Assembly (NCBI RefSeq): GCF_003704095.1
Contig: NW_020843568.1
Coordinates: forward strand, 62,001-126,000
Direction of reading: 5' to 3'
DNA length: 64,000 bases
DNA from: Pocillopora damicornis
Taxonomy: Eukaryota
Each line of letters starts with the position of its first letter. Positions within the stretch are counted from its first letter, which is position 1. Under the pieces are notes generated by a model. The model had not been told where the DNA came from. It ran no database searches and saw nothing but the letters and a program-made list of their open reading frames with translations. Of this stretch, positions 1-12,900 are shown in pieces. Position numbers and translations under genes: made by a program.

Positions 1-2
1 GT

Positions 3-635
3 TTCCTGTGCGAGCTGTGTCGGAAACCTCTGCGATCAGACGGAAAATTTACTTTCTACAAGGAGCAAGTTCTGTGTAATGATTGCTACATCACTAACTT
101 CCAGAAGACGTGTGCAGGATGCCATTATGCCATCGAGTCTGGGAGCGCGCGCTTAGAATACAATGGCACCTACTGGCATGAAGAATGCTTCAAGTGCGCC
201 GTCTGTCGGGAAGCTATCGGGACAAGCGGTTTTGTTCCAAAAGATGATGAGTTCTACTGTCCCGGATGCTATCAGAATTTACATGCCAAGCGTTGCGCGG
301 ATTGCGGAGAGCCACTCTCCGAAGGCGGTGTCCTCTACAACGAACAGACCTGGCACAAGGAGTGTTTCAGTTGTTTTACTTGCCATGAATCGTTGGCATC
401 TCGACCATTCTCTGTGCATAGTGGCCACCGCTACTGTATCGAGTGCTATGGAAGGTTCCTGGCCAAGCAGTGTGAGGTCTGCTTTAAACCAATTATCGGC
501 GGTGAATACTTCACGTTAGAGGAGTCAAATTTCCACAAAGAGTGCTTTAACTGCACTCGGTGTCAGCGATCTCTGGCCAATGAAGGATTTGTTAGAGAAG
601 GGGTTGAACTTCTATGCGCCAGCTGTGCTGATTGA
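3..635 (+). CDS. 3' terminal exon (5'-partial) of a multi-LIM-domain protein, FHL/Limpet-like
   Basis: The frame starting at base 3 is open to TGA at 633-635: FLCELCRKPL...LCNDCY | KTCAGCHYAIESG..WHEECFKCAVC..FYCPGCY | KRCADCGEPL..WHKECFSCFTC..RYCIECY | KQCEVCFKPIIGG..FHKECFNCTRC..LLCASCAD*. This is three complete LIM domains (CxxC..HxxC.xCxxC..CxxC) plus the second half of a fourth. The ORF track shows only 393-635. Confidence 0.9.
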   Translation, partial: FLCELCRKPLRSDGKFTFYKEQVLCNDCYITNFQKTCAGCHYAIESGSARLEYNGTYWHEECFKCAVCREAIGTSGFVPKDDEFYCPGCYQNLHAKRCADCGEPLSEGGVLYNEQTWHKECFSCFTCHESLASRPFSVHSGHRYCIECYGRFLAKQCEVCFKPIIGGEYFTLEESNFHKECFNCTRCQRSLANEGFVREGVELLCASCAD

Positions 636-1688
636 ACAGAAGCGTACAAACTAAACGAATAAGACTTCATGCAAGTCCATATCGAAAAAATTACTTAATC
701 TAACAGAGCAAAATGTTATAAATTTTTCGTAAGTTTCCAAAGTAAGCTTGTTTCATTTCAGTGGCAATGAAAAGTCTTTGTTTACATCCTTTTAAACCGA
801 CAATCCCGGCGTATAAGTAAGTTGATCTGTGTGCTTGTAAACGAGCTGACAAGAGGGACAAACATAAACGATTCAACTTATGGGTGTAAAATTAAGTGTT
901 GACGTTTTTCCTGTTTCAGGAAATCTTTCATCATAGCAGTTTACTACGCTGCGAAGAAGCATGAAAATTTAAGTAAAAGTTGCAAATGTTTCTTTTTCTA
1001 AATATATATCGTAACAATGAAGATAGATTATCGCTCGATGCCAGATGATGATGTACTTACGAAGTTCAGATTTTATTTTTTGTAACAATCGCCCTTTCTT
1101 TTTCCTCGAGCAACAGCTAGTTCTGTTAAATACGTTTTAGCTGCTAATGTCATGCTTAAAAAATTATATGTAGAAATAATCATATATTGATGATGCCTTC
1201 GCAACTTTTTGTTGCAAAATTCTTTTTCGGAGGGCCTCTCTAAAGGGAATTTGGGATGGGGTATGTATGGTGGACGGTATAGGAGGGCTATAGGCAGGCT
1301 ACCTATTCTTCGCTAACATACCTTCAGCCTTCCGCCGAGCTGTTTTGAGGGTTTGTGCGAACTTCGTTTCTTGTTGACGTAGGTTATTTGGATACCAGTT
1401 CTGTTGATTTTTGTGATGGTTAAAATTTTTATCAATAAAGTGTTTTCCAGAATTGTCGTGCGGCAGGTAAATGCCATTCAAGTTGAAAGAGGAACGATTA
1501 TGTAGTTATCAGAACAGGACTCGTACTAAAGTTATGATAATGAGACGCATTTTTTTACTATATGGTTTAAGACTTCTATTGACAGTGAGGCCTGTATTTT
1601 AATACCTTTTTCTGAAACCTGAGAACAAAGTGAACAGCATCTTTATATCTGTGGTTATGCTGAAAAGAAAGTTAAAATCTCTGCCTAA

Positions 1689-3200
1689 TTAACAATTATC
1701 AATCTTCCCCTCAGCTTCGTGTAGTGTGCTGAAAATCAGCAAAATTTTGTTTGCATAATAATTTACAATCATATAGACAGTAACTATACAAACAATAAGA
1801 TGCGATTTCCATTTTACATTCCATACTTTAAGAACTGGAATATTTCTTGTACGAGTTAGCATCATCACAAATATTACGTTGAACATGATCTCTACAAGCA
1901 GCGCTAAAACTATACGTATCAAAAGATCCACAATCATTTCCTGGTACTCTTCAGGACGCAGGATCCGGTGAATTATACCATAAACTATCATAAGTCCAAC
2001 TGAGAGGACAATTGCGGCAGCGCTAGACATCATTTCGTGTATTGTTAGGTCAGCGGCTAGCCTCTGAGATCGACGTTCCTTCATTTTGGCGGCACTAAAT
2101 GGTCCTGTGGGATCTGCTTCCAACCCAGAGAGTAAAATTCTCTCAGACTGTGATTTATCCTCGTGAGATTCTCCAGCTTTGACGATTAGTTGGTACACTA
2201 GGTGAATTGTTTGTTCGCCGATAATTAACGCAATAAACGCCCAAAAGCTTTTAAATTCGGCCAGCATAAATTTCACCGCCATGCAAACCGCGCTAGATGC
2301 AGTAGACACCAAAACATATGAAAAGCCTGGGTTTATAACGTACAATCCTGAGACACATCGCTTTGAGAGTATCTTAGGTATTATGCCGACTGAATATGAA
2401 AGAGCAATCATGGCGACTTTTAAAATACCTTCGAGGTGCGCAAACAGTGGACACAAGACGGACGCGAACAAATAAAACACTGGGGCCCCTATGATGAACT
2501 GCGCACAGAGCTTAAATCCGAATAAACTTGCACTAAATATATTACCTCTGAAAATACGCCCGACAGAAAAACTTTGGACAAGAATCATAATTAAATAAAG
2601 AATATTCAGTGGATATGGAATCCACGGAGGGTAGTACAACCCATAGACAGCGACCAAAAATCTGTAGGCGAGATCAAAGAAAATTCCAATCAACGTAAAC
2701 GTAACTAAGTTAACTTGTTTGATTAGAGGCCATCTGAACACAAATAGCAACATCAGTGGCTGCCAGAGGTAGAGAGTTGAAGCCAGGTACGATTCACCAA
2801 TGATACGCGGTCGCTTTTTTTCTAGAGGGATGGACGAATCACGGAGTGCCTTCCAATCGCAGACGAAAATTATCTTCATTTGAAAGTATATAAAGAAGAT
2901 GCACCCAACACCTATAAAGCCACCAGTCAGCACTGTTACCTGAAATGCAAACCAGGCACTCTTCTTCAAGGAGACTTTCATTGCTGGTCTGTTTTCTCGC
3001 CATGTGGATGTATCTGTGGAGTTTCGTGGGTTTTCAAATTCTTCACTCAAGGTATCTTCTGCGTTAAATTGTGTACAATCAACAGGCAATTCTCCGGTGA
3101 ATGAATCCTTGTCTTCGGAAAGTTTGAAGATGTGTTCTGTGAACAACATGAAGCCGCTGCAAAGCAGCTCTACAGGTACGGAAAGGAATTCTGCTATCAT
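1689..3200 (-). CDS. Uncharacterised multi-pass membrane protein (503 aa, ~11 hydrophobic segments), single coding exon
   Basis: A 1.5-kb uninterrupted ORF with an acidic N-terminal region followed by ~11 hydrophobic 20-25 aa stretches. A minus-strand splice acceptor (ttttttttccttaaacag, ending at 3218) lies just upstream of the ATG, implying a non-coding upstream exon. A candidate minus-strand donor GTAAGT starts at 4260. Confidence 0.8.
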   Translation of the reverse strand: MIAEFLSVPVELLCSGFMLFTEHIFKLSEDKDSFTGELPVDCTQFNAEDTLSEEFENPRNSTDTSTWRENRPAMKVSLKKSAWFAFQVTVLTGGFIGVGCIFFIYFQMKIIFVCDWKALRDSSIPLEKKRPRIIGESYLASTLYLWQPLMLLFVFRWPLIKQVNLVTFTLIGIFFDLAYRFLVAVYGLYYPPWIPYPLNILYLIMILVQSFSVGRIFRGNIFSASLFGFKLCAQFIIGAPVFYLFASVLCPLFAHLEGILKVAMIALSYSVGIIPKILSKRCVSGLYVINPGFSYVLVSTASSAVCMAVKFMLAEFKSFWAFIALIIGEQTIHLVYQLIVKAGESHEDKSQSERILLSGLEADPTGPFSAAKMKERRSQRLAADLTIHEMMSSAAAIVLSVGLMIVYGIIHRILRPEEYQEMIVDLLIRIVLALLVEIMFNVIFVMMLTRTRNIPVLKVWNVKWKSHLIVCIVTVYMIVNYYANKILLIFSTLHEAEGKIDNC

Positions 3201-4660
3201 TAGTCGTGGATGATAGACTGTTTAAGGAAAAAAATACCTCATTTTATAACAATCTATGTTTATTGAGGAAGCACACGTCTCTCAAACTTTCGAAAGTAAC
3301 ACGTTGAATTTTGATTTGACGTGGAGAGAGTGGACAAGAAGTGCTACCTTGGGATTGCTTCCTTTTACTCTTATTGATTTTTTTAGTATTTCACTATTTT
3401 AATTGTTCATAGGAAATATATGAAATCGTTGTAAACAATTACAAAACAGACCCTGAAAGAACAATAACATTTGGGGTCGTAGCTGATCGCGACAAAAGAA
3501 CAGTTGAGACCGTTTAATTCGCGAGGAAAAGTGCATCAGTTTTAGAAGAACATCCGTTTTCATACACACCACGTTTTGTTGTTGTTGTTTTTTTAACTTA
3601 AAAACCCAAAATGGCAAGTTTCGAACTGGGTTCGAAACTTGCTATTAAATTTCGAGTTGATTTCATTTGTACGCACGCCACGACATGTGGTTTCTATTTA
3701 CTCGAAAGTAAACTTGTTAGCTTTATCAGAATGGCAAAAAAGTAAGGCTGTTTTTCTATTATGACTATTTTTTTCACCTTCTGCCTTCAGTTCGTCTGGC
3801 TCAGCGATTACAACCATTCTGTGGATTTTAGTGAAATTAGCAGGCGATCGCTACCCAAAGTGCACATTTATAGAAATCCAAACTGTGTAACTGGATCACG
3901 TTAATCACTGCCACTGCTTTTACTGACTACCATATTTGGAATCAGTGAGGTTGGTTCAACTTCATGTTTAAGCAATATCCTGAGTTTCAGGTCCTCGCCG
4001 GGGCTGTCGGATACAACCGGATGCTTCTTAGCAGTTTTCGCTGGTTATTTCATAATTTTGTACAATTTCTCCTCCATGTTACATGTAAGCAGCATTCATA
4101 AATTGTAAAATCTGTGTGGTTCGCCTGTAATTAGCGTAAAAAAACCCTAAGTATCATCCAACTCGTTTGTTTGAAGCCAAAGCGCACCAAAATTGATGAC
4201 ATCGGTCAGTTTCTTCTCATCGCTATACACCACACAACTCGTCAAACAGTTTCCACTTACAATGAAAGGGCTGCTAAGCAGCTGAATGAAACAAAAGAAA
4301 TCAAGTCACGTATTCTTCTTTGATGAGTCACATGACGCTTTATAGTCTTAAGACCGAATTTTATTCAGTAGTGGTTGGTAACTGCCATATAAGTTTTTCT
4401 GCGAATCATTTTACTTCAACAGAGACAAGGTATGCTAAAAAGTCAAGAGAGCCATTTACTTCGTGCGTATGCATACTGCTTCCTGTCACTTATAGGAAAG
4501 CTATGCTCGCTAGCGGGCTACCCACAGGCCAATATAAACTCCTAGATAAACAATTCATCGGAAAACAACAGGAAATGTTATTCTTTAAGTGGAAGAGGGA
4601 CTTAATTGTAATGAAACTGATTTTCATCAAGTACATACACTTTTTTTCAATGTTAGTTGC

Positions 4661-4966
4661 GTCAGTCAATCATAGAATCAATCGGTGGGTCAGTGAGTCA
4701 GTGAGGCAGTCAGTCAATCTGTCATTCAGTCAGTCAGTGAGCCACACAATCAGTCCAGCTCGTCAGTCAATCAGTCGGTCAGTCAGTCGGTCAGTCAGTC
4801 TATCATTCAATCATTCAGTCAGTCAACCAGTGAGTCAATTAGTCAGTCATTAAGTCAGTCAACCAGTCAGTCAGTCAGTTAGTCAATCAGTTAGTCAATC
4901 AGTCACTCAGACGATCAGTCAGTAAATCAGTAAGTTAGTAAGTCAGTCAGTCAGTCAGTCAGTCAA
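4661..4966. repeat. Degenerate (TCAG/AGTC)n tetranucleotide microsatellite
   Basis: About 300 bp of gtca/gtcg/atca/gtta units, e.g. agtcagtcagtcagtcagtcagtc near 4941-4964. Confidence 0.92.
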
Positions 4967-6847
4967 TGTTAAATTGGTAAGCTTCTGAGTATAGTGATCG
5001 GACTTAAAAACCAACTGATCACGAGTGGCTCATTAAAGGACCGTTGGACTTTGCGAATAAACCATTGCGTATCATGACAATCATATTTTTATTCCAGCTT
5101 TTTACTAATAGAGTTTAATTTCGCTCGAAACTGTCTTGACAAACTACTTTAGAATAACTCAAAACAGGTACATACCATCAGTGGAAACAAATCTTTCTAG
5201 GGCTTTTACCCCGACGACGGTTTTAATTGTTGTACTTTGTCATTCCCACGCGCAGGAAGTTGTACTTGTTTTCCGCTTTTCCCGTGATTTTGTGTCACAT
5301 ACAATACATCAATGGATTAATGTAATTAAACGATTCACGGCCACGCAACTTTCAAAATTTTGAGAAGTCACAACAGGATTTAAAATCGTTCCCAAAAATC
5401 GAACAGATATTAATAGCGAAAGTGCAATATTTTGTCAGCGCTTCTTGAGCATTGAGACGAAAAAATAAGGAGTTGGTTTTCAGTTGTATTTCAATTACGA
5501 GAATGATATGAGTGTCATGACATCGAATGCAGAGGGCTCTTACATGCAAGGGTCTGCTAAACAGATTGGCAACTGACAGATAGATTGCTCAAAACGTACA
5601 AAACACAAAGGAAATTATTTGATTCGGAAAGAAATACTTTTTTTAGTTCCTTTCCTGAACTTTACTTATTCGTGAGGTATTAAAACGTTCGATATCCATC
5701 CAATGTGTGAACGATCAGTTTTGTTGATTTCTGAGCGAATATAATTAATCGAACTGCATTGTTTTGCGTGATCTCCTGTAAGTTAAATTATCTCTTAAGG
5801 GGGATACAGTTGAGCGAAAACTGAGCAAAGAAAACAAATCCATCAAAAATCGGGAAGAGTTGGACTCATTTGTTTAAACCCACGCTTAGCTGTCTCTGTG
5901 TTTTGCGAAGCACAGAAAGAAGCATTCTTCCCTCTCTCGACGACGCTTTTACGAGATTAACAGCCTTGGGGGCACAATATTATCTTTAAACAAAGGTTTT
6001 GAAGTAATATCCTGTCTTTAACTTGTTTTAATAGATATTACTTTGCAGTTGATATTTCTCTAGGTGTACAGATGATTTTACACTTAACAAAGCGGATGAT
6101 TTTTCAATGAAATTCGATAAATTTGATTTTAGCCTTCCCTTGTTCTGTAAAGCTGTAAGATATCAAATTAGAAAATCTTATCAGTTGTTTTATCTTCTCT
6201 CCTCAAGTATGTTTTACCAAGAGTTTAGTTTCGTGTGTCTTGAAGATGTCCACTATACCAAAGTGACTTTAAATTCGCCACATAGTTCACATATCGTACC
6301 TAACGATCTTATTGGCTCAAATCAATTACCCATTGTCTTACTTTTTGCCGCGTCCGAGATCATTTGAGTCCTTGCTCCGCATGAGCGAATATTTCAGAAA
6401 TATTTCATCGCTGATGTGTTGTGTCTCTGGGGCACTCCACCTAGTGCTTGGAATATCGTAGTACGCTGTAGCAGTCGTGGTTCAATTATTCCTTCGCTCG
6501 GTACTTCAAAGGAAGTTCGTGGGTCTTGAGTCGAAGGATTGTTCGCTGGTTGTGCAACACATGTCAGGTACGAGCGCTCTCTCACTCACAGACATCGACT
6601 GCTCTTTTCGCTCCCTGAGCGTGCTACATGAAATCATCTGGTTTTTATTGAGTCGATGTATTTAATGTTGACTGAGCAACAGATCGAAGACTTAACGATA
6701 CCCGTGCCTTTTTGTATCCTTCAGCAGTTTTGGAATGCTTTGTCCCAAATGTTGATGAACGATTGATTTGCTGTGGGCGAACAAAATCTTTTTGCAACAG
6801 TCATTGACAGAATTTCAACTGAATCTTCAGCTGGGAGGTATCGAATC

Positions 6848-6905
6848 ATGAGTTTTGAAGAAGACGATAGTGGAACATTCACGCTGCGAATTAAGTCCCG
6901 TTCAG
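6848..6905 (+). CDS. DMD: Probable first coding exon of full-length dystrophin ([19 protein letters not shown])
   Basis: atcATG at 6848 in a CpG-rich region. The strong donor CAG|GTAAGA is in phase 1, matching exon 2 (G+AT = Asp of [11 protein letters not shown]). Confidence 0.75.
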
Positions 6906-9900
6906 GTAAGATTTGTGTTTCGTTATGGAGTACTTCCCATGACGAAAATGGACATCTTATAAACATCCAAGTGTGAATTCAGCTGTTCGATCGTGATCTC
7001 TGTTATCGCATGACTGAGTTCTAAAGCGTCATTTTATTTCGGTGACACCTATTTTGGCTGTATTGAAATGTTCTCCAACCGTCAGAGAGAGGCCTTTTGT
7101 TTTTATACAATAAATTAAAGGGAAGCTTCGCATTTAAACGAGAATTTTCTTAGGTGTTGTCTTCCGAAGGTTTCAAGCATGTTTGTGAGTCCACGCTCTC
7201 GAACGGAAGGGTGGTTTTCTTGCGGACAATAACCTAATCCCGCAATTGTCATCAGGATAGAAAGTTTCTTAGACTTAAACAATAAACTTAATTTTTTCCC
7301 GTGGGTTTTTTTTTCGCTCTCGGGGTAAATAATTTCAGCGTTGAAGCGAAGCAACTCGTGCCCGTTGAGTTCTTAGGTCGCTTTCGCCATGTTGTTTTGT
7401 TAGTCGTTCACGGCTTACTTGACGTGTTTTTATACTCTTTACGTACCTTCTTGTTCGGGCTCTTCATCCTGACACCTAAATGAATAAAAAGTGCTACTTT
7501 GTTTACTATTAGGATCTTTGAACTCAAGCTTTGAATACTAAGTCATTTAAATCTGGAGGTTGTAGACGGTTCGGCATTCAAAAATTGTTTTGAAGATTGT
7601 TGTAGAGCGCAATGTGCTCATTCCTTCACTTTATGGACATAGCATAAGCGGCTAGCCGTTATGACAACACAGTACATGATTTCCATAATTGACCTTAAAA
7701 AGCTGGGGTACTTTTTATTTAAGTTTTTTAGAGAAACCATATGCCGATAATTGGGAAATTAGAACACCAATGATTTCACTAACAAGATCGAATAAAAGGT
7801 CAAATGCAAAGTTTTTTGCGAATTTTCACCATGCGAGATTTATCTTGTTATGAGTCGAATACCTCGCATTTGAGAAATGCCTGTGGCTTTTTAGGAGCTT
7901 ACTGTCTCTTCACTCTTCACGTGTTCAATTACTCCGTTGAAATCTACATCGTTGTGGATTTCACGAGGAATGGAACAAGCGAATTTCACGCAACCCTGTT
8001 GAAGCAAATGCGCTCATATATTGAGGACACTAACATATCAGCTGATCAATTTAAGTGATTTTGATCCAGACGTGAAATATTTGCATTGTCAATATCCTTC
8101 CGTGGGAAACCACAATACATTTTACATTTAGAATTTTGAACACACCAATTCAATTAGCAGGGGGCTGAGATTTAAAACATTAAGAGTAAGGTTAGAATAT
8201 CAGTAAACTCATCAAGTAAAATCGAAATTTTACCCAGGGTTTGTTACAAAAGTAATGTTCATTTGGCATAGAAGATCATTCATTACCTCAGCTCATTACA
8301 TATTAAAGCAGTGGTGAGGTAATTCATAAAAGTTAATTTTGGGGTTCAAATTAATTGATCTTTATGTATCAGAGCTAAAGATTTTTTTAAAAATTAAATG
8401 TAATTTGATCCAGTTATGATTCCCTACAGAGTACCACAATGAGTTGTAATTTTAGAGCTAAACCTAGTAGCTAAACTGTGGGCAAATAAAGGGAAATTAA
8501 TCTATTATGCATGATGGAATATGCAATGTGTTTCTCTGCCTTTGCTGAGCACTTTTAAGTCAAAGTGTACATTAATACCACCTAAATACTTTTGTGCAGC
8601 TTTTTCAACTTTGAAACCCTTCCAGTGATTGGGAAGAAATGTATCATTCTGAATATTCTATCTTTCTTGTTTCTAGATTTCAAAGGGATTCATTCTCCCT
8701 CCAAGATATTTTAGCCATTTTTCCCTCATTCCTGTTATTTTTGTTTTCACCATTTCTCTATCTTAATTCTCCAATTTTTTTTACCCCTCTGGCACAAGAA
8801 GCTTGATGATTGTTGTTGATCGATCAACCATTTGAATGAAAATTTATTAAAGAAATCAGAATTATCATGTACTTTCATTGTAGAAAGTATAATTTATAAG
8901 ATCATAGGTCATTGGATTCTCCCTGTTTTTGTTGATATTTCCTTTATGTTTCTTCAAAGGAGCAGAATGTTTTCTCTCTGTCATGCTGAAATATTGGATA
9001 GTTGCATGTACATGTGATATTGCTTACTCTATATATGTACCTTTCACTTATCTTCATTTGTGTTCTAAATATAGATCTGTCACTGGTGAAAAGGAAGTTC
9101 AAATTCTTTTAATGTTTGTGTATATGCTCTCTGATTAATTTCCTTTTCTGCTCTATTTTTAGATGAACATGAAGGAACACAGAAGAAAACCTTCACAAAG
9201 TGGATAAATGCACAACTAGCCAAGGTACAATACATGTTTTCTCATATCACTTGATTTCTGTGATGTTTTTTCCATTTTGTTACCATCTCTGTTGTTTTTG
9301 TCTCCGGGGGTGATTTCTTTAATGTCTATAGCTTATGTAGTTGTATAATATATACATGTGATAGTTCTTTATCACTTTGATTGTAAGTAGAGAAAAAAAG
9401 TCATTTTTTACATGTGGTAAGGGCTTTCAACAAGATTTAAAGTAGAAGGCAAATGAGAAATATTAGGCAGTAAGGTTATTGCAAATGCCATGTTGTTATG
9501 TCAAATTACATGGGAATTATTTGCATGAATCTTCCAGCAAATTCTGCACGTGGGATGGAGTTGTGCATCTAAGCTTGTTGCGTGCAAATTATGCATTTAA
9601 TTCCTTTTCAAACTGATGAAAGCTGTTGTACAATTTTTTTTATGGTGTTTCATCAACTGAACAATTTTACAATAGAAATTACTGTAAAATGAGGGGAAAG
9701 CAGTTTGCTAAAGATGATAGACAAGCCAACAGTTAATGACAGCTCTGGTGATGAGCTGGGTGAGTGAGGGGAGAGGGGAGGCAGGAGGGGAGGAGGGGAG
9801 AAGGTGTGAGTTGGAACAACCAGGATAATGCAGATATTTAGCACATGCAAATTGTAGATTATCATTTTGGTCACTTTGCACAGAAGTTAAGGGCTAGTTT

Positions 9901-12900
9901 ATTTCAACAATTGTGGTGTGATTGTAGCATTTACTATTATACACTTTTTGGTGGTGTAATTCGAATTTTTCAAAACTATTCATTTTCTGTGTTGGTAGGC
10001 TGGCAGTGGCCAACAAGTTAAGGATTTGTTTGAAGACCTAAAAGATGGAACCAAACTACTTCTGCTGCTGGAAATTTTATGTGGAAAACGAATTGTAAGT
10101 CTGATAGATTGTTGTAATCTTGATTTCTGTGTCATATAAATGTTGTTGTAATTGAAAAAGCACTTTTTGTGACTCCCCTTTGAAATGTATACTGCAGTTA
10201 CATGTCATGTTCTATGTAACTTTAGTTACAGCTAAGAGTATTTACAGTATTCTGATTTCCTTTAAAATAAGTGAAATTTTGAGTGCATGTAATTTAAAAA
10301 GACTTGCAATTAAGGCTTAATTCTCTATGTCTTAAAATCCATTTGTTTTGCATTGTTTGATAGAGAAGTGAAAAAGGACGCACCCGTGTTCACTTTATGA
10401 CCAATGTAGACAATGCCCTCCGGATCCTCGAGGAAAACAATGTAAGTGGTTTTTACCAATTGTTTATGTTGATTCAAACATGTATGCATACTTATCAGGC
10501 TTTTACCAATATGAATAAATTATACTTTTTTCTATTGATCAGGTACGACCTGTTAATATCAGTAATGATGACATTGTTGATGGAAACCCCAAACTAACCT
10601 TGGGGCTGATGTGGTACATCATTTCACACTTTCAGGTATGAAGATGAAAATTTTTTCTACACTATTGCATTATATTATTGACATGTGACAATTGTATTCT
10701 GCGGGAGGAGCAGGCAAATGCACCAAGCAGGAAGATACACGTATTGTCTTGTAAATGTGACTGACTTTTGGTCACCATGTCACATCATGCTTCCACACAG
10801 GAAGGGTGCTTATGTTGTACATGTAAATCTTTCAGTAAGAGGTTTGCTTCCTGACATTGCATGACTTGCATCATAGGGGTTAGAGGAATCTTGTACCCTC
10901 AAGAACTGCAGATTGAAAACACACCCTCCAAGAGGTTGAACTCCTTCCTGGGATTGTTGAGATACTCAAGCTTTATCACTTTGCAATGAGGTGTAAGCTC
11001 AATGTGAAGGATAAAGGCAATAATGGGCTGGTGAATGCTTTCTGAAAATGTGACAGTCAACAGGTCAAAAACTGACATGAATTCTCTGACTTATTAACCT
11101 GGGGTTTCAAAAACACCTCTTACAGCCATCTGTTTAGCCTGCAAGCAGGCTCTTATGTTTGGGTATGGTGTTTATTGTCCCCAATCTGCTCCATCAACTG
11201 CTACCGCAGAATGGTATCATAAGAGATGTGGTTTGATATGGAAATGCTAATATAAATGTACAGCTTTATGAGACTCATTTAAAATTGTGTAGAGGATCAC
11301 ATCTATGCAGCAAGTGATAAATAATTCAATGTTTTTCATTCTAGTTGCAATTGCTGCTCAAGAATTTGATGTTGGATTCTGATTCAGAGACACCAGAGGA
11401 GAAACTGCTGGCCTGGTGTCGTCAGTCAGTTAGGGGGTGAGTGATGATGTCAGACAAATGACACATGCAATGCATTACGGAGTGCATAGATTACCGGAAA
11501 TAACGAGGGATATACATTTTTTTGTATCTTAAAGAAATTTCCTTTTGATGGTAATAAGCTGTGAGCTAATATGTAGCTATTCTGAGGATTTTTCCTTGAT
11601 TTTACAACTTAAAATTAGAGACATAGTGATACATGTAGATATACAATATGTGGTTTATGGAATGGAGGATATGGTGTATTTTGATTGCAAGGTATAGCAA
11701 TGTATTTTGGGTGAATTGATTTCTAAATTGGATCAAAGTACTATGTTGTAGTAATATCCATCAATGTTTTTTATATTAGATATGACGGTGTGGATGTCAA
11801 GAACTTTACCACAAGCTGGCGTGATGGACTGGCATTCAATGCGTTAATCCATAGATACAGGTCAGATGCTTGTTAATTTCTTCACTATTTATTGCTGAAA
11901 CATGTACTTCAAGACATCCACTGCTACGTGACACTTCCACTTCCTGACTTGTCTACCACCCACAATCTATTACCTGATATCTACCACCTACCATTTCCTT
12001 CCTGCCACCCTTCAGGAGCAGTCTACTACATTCATCTATGACCTAATAAATGCTTTTGATCATCCTCACCCACTATTTTTTAGTTGCCACCCATTAATCA
12101 TCAAATTACCACCCACATCCCTGACCTAAGACAACCCACCTCCTCCTTCCTGCTGTCCATTGAAAGGAGTCTATTGCCCACATCCATGACCTGCTAAATG
12201 CTTCCCATAATACTCTACATGCATCTCATCCCTTGAAGTCTGCTGGTGATTTACCACCCACATCCATGACCTGACACCATCCTCTCTGAGGATGAAAAAA
12301 AAAGAACGACAACAAACAAAACAATCAAAAACCGTTGACTCTCAAGTATTTGATAAAGGAAAAGAAAATTGCAAGTTCTTTGTAGTTGCTGTACTTTAAC
12401 CCTCTAACTCCCAGAAGTGATTAACATTAACACTTCTCCCTATTATATCTGAACATTATCCAGCAAACAGGTCATGAGAATATTCAAACTTATCAGGTAG
12501 AAGTTGTTATCTCGATCTGACACCAGATTCTCGTAACGTATTTACAAGGAAGTGTGTAGCAGCTAGAGGGGAGAATTAACAATCAGATCTTGGGAATTAA
12601 AGAGTTAGCAACATTTTTTCTCCTCTTCAGACCCCATCTGTTTGACTACAGTGACCAACTGGAAAAGAATCCTTCCGATTGCTGTGAACACGCGTTTTCC
12701 GTTGCAGAGCAGTTTCTTGATGTGGACAGACTTTTGGATCCTTCAGGTACTGACTAAATTTAAGACAGGTCAACTTCTAGCTTTACACAATAAAATATTT
12801 TGTTCTCTTCTGTTCAGTCTGGTTTAACTTTGTTTAATCCAATGTAAATGATGGGTTATTGTAGCATCTGGCCTCTGTTCGTGAAGTTAATGGAAGATTA

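Noticed and set aside
163-519. 118-aa ORF (MAPTGMKN...)
   Set aside because: Alternative frame overlapping the LIM exon; the LIM frame has all the Cys/His ligands.
4320-4853. 177-aa ORF with a Ser/Val/Gln-rich end
   Set aside because: Its 3' part is the TCAG microsatellite, and the rest shows no protein-like signal.
4661-4966. Possible CRISPR-like array
   Set aside because: It is a 4-nt microsatellite with no repeat-spacer structure, the context is eukaryotic, and there are no cas genes.
9721-9759. Possible 39-nt in-frame exon ending TGG|GTGAGT in intron 2
   Set aside because: There is no polypyrimidine tract, and it would interrupt CH1, where exons 2 and 3 already join correctly.
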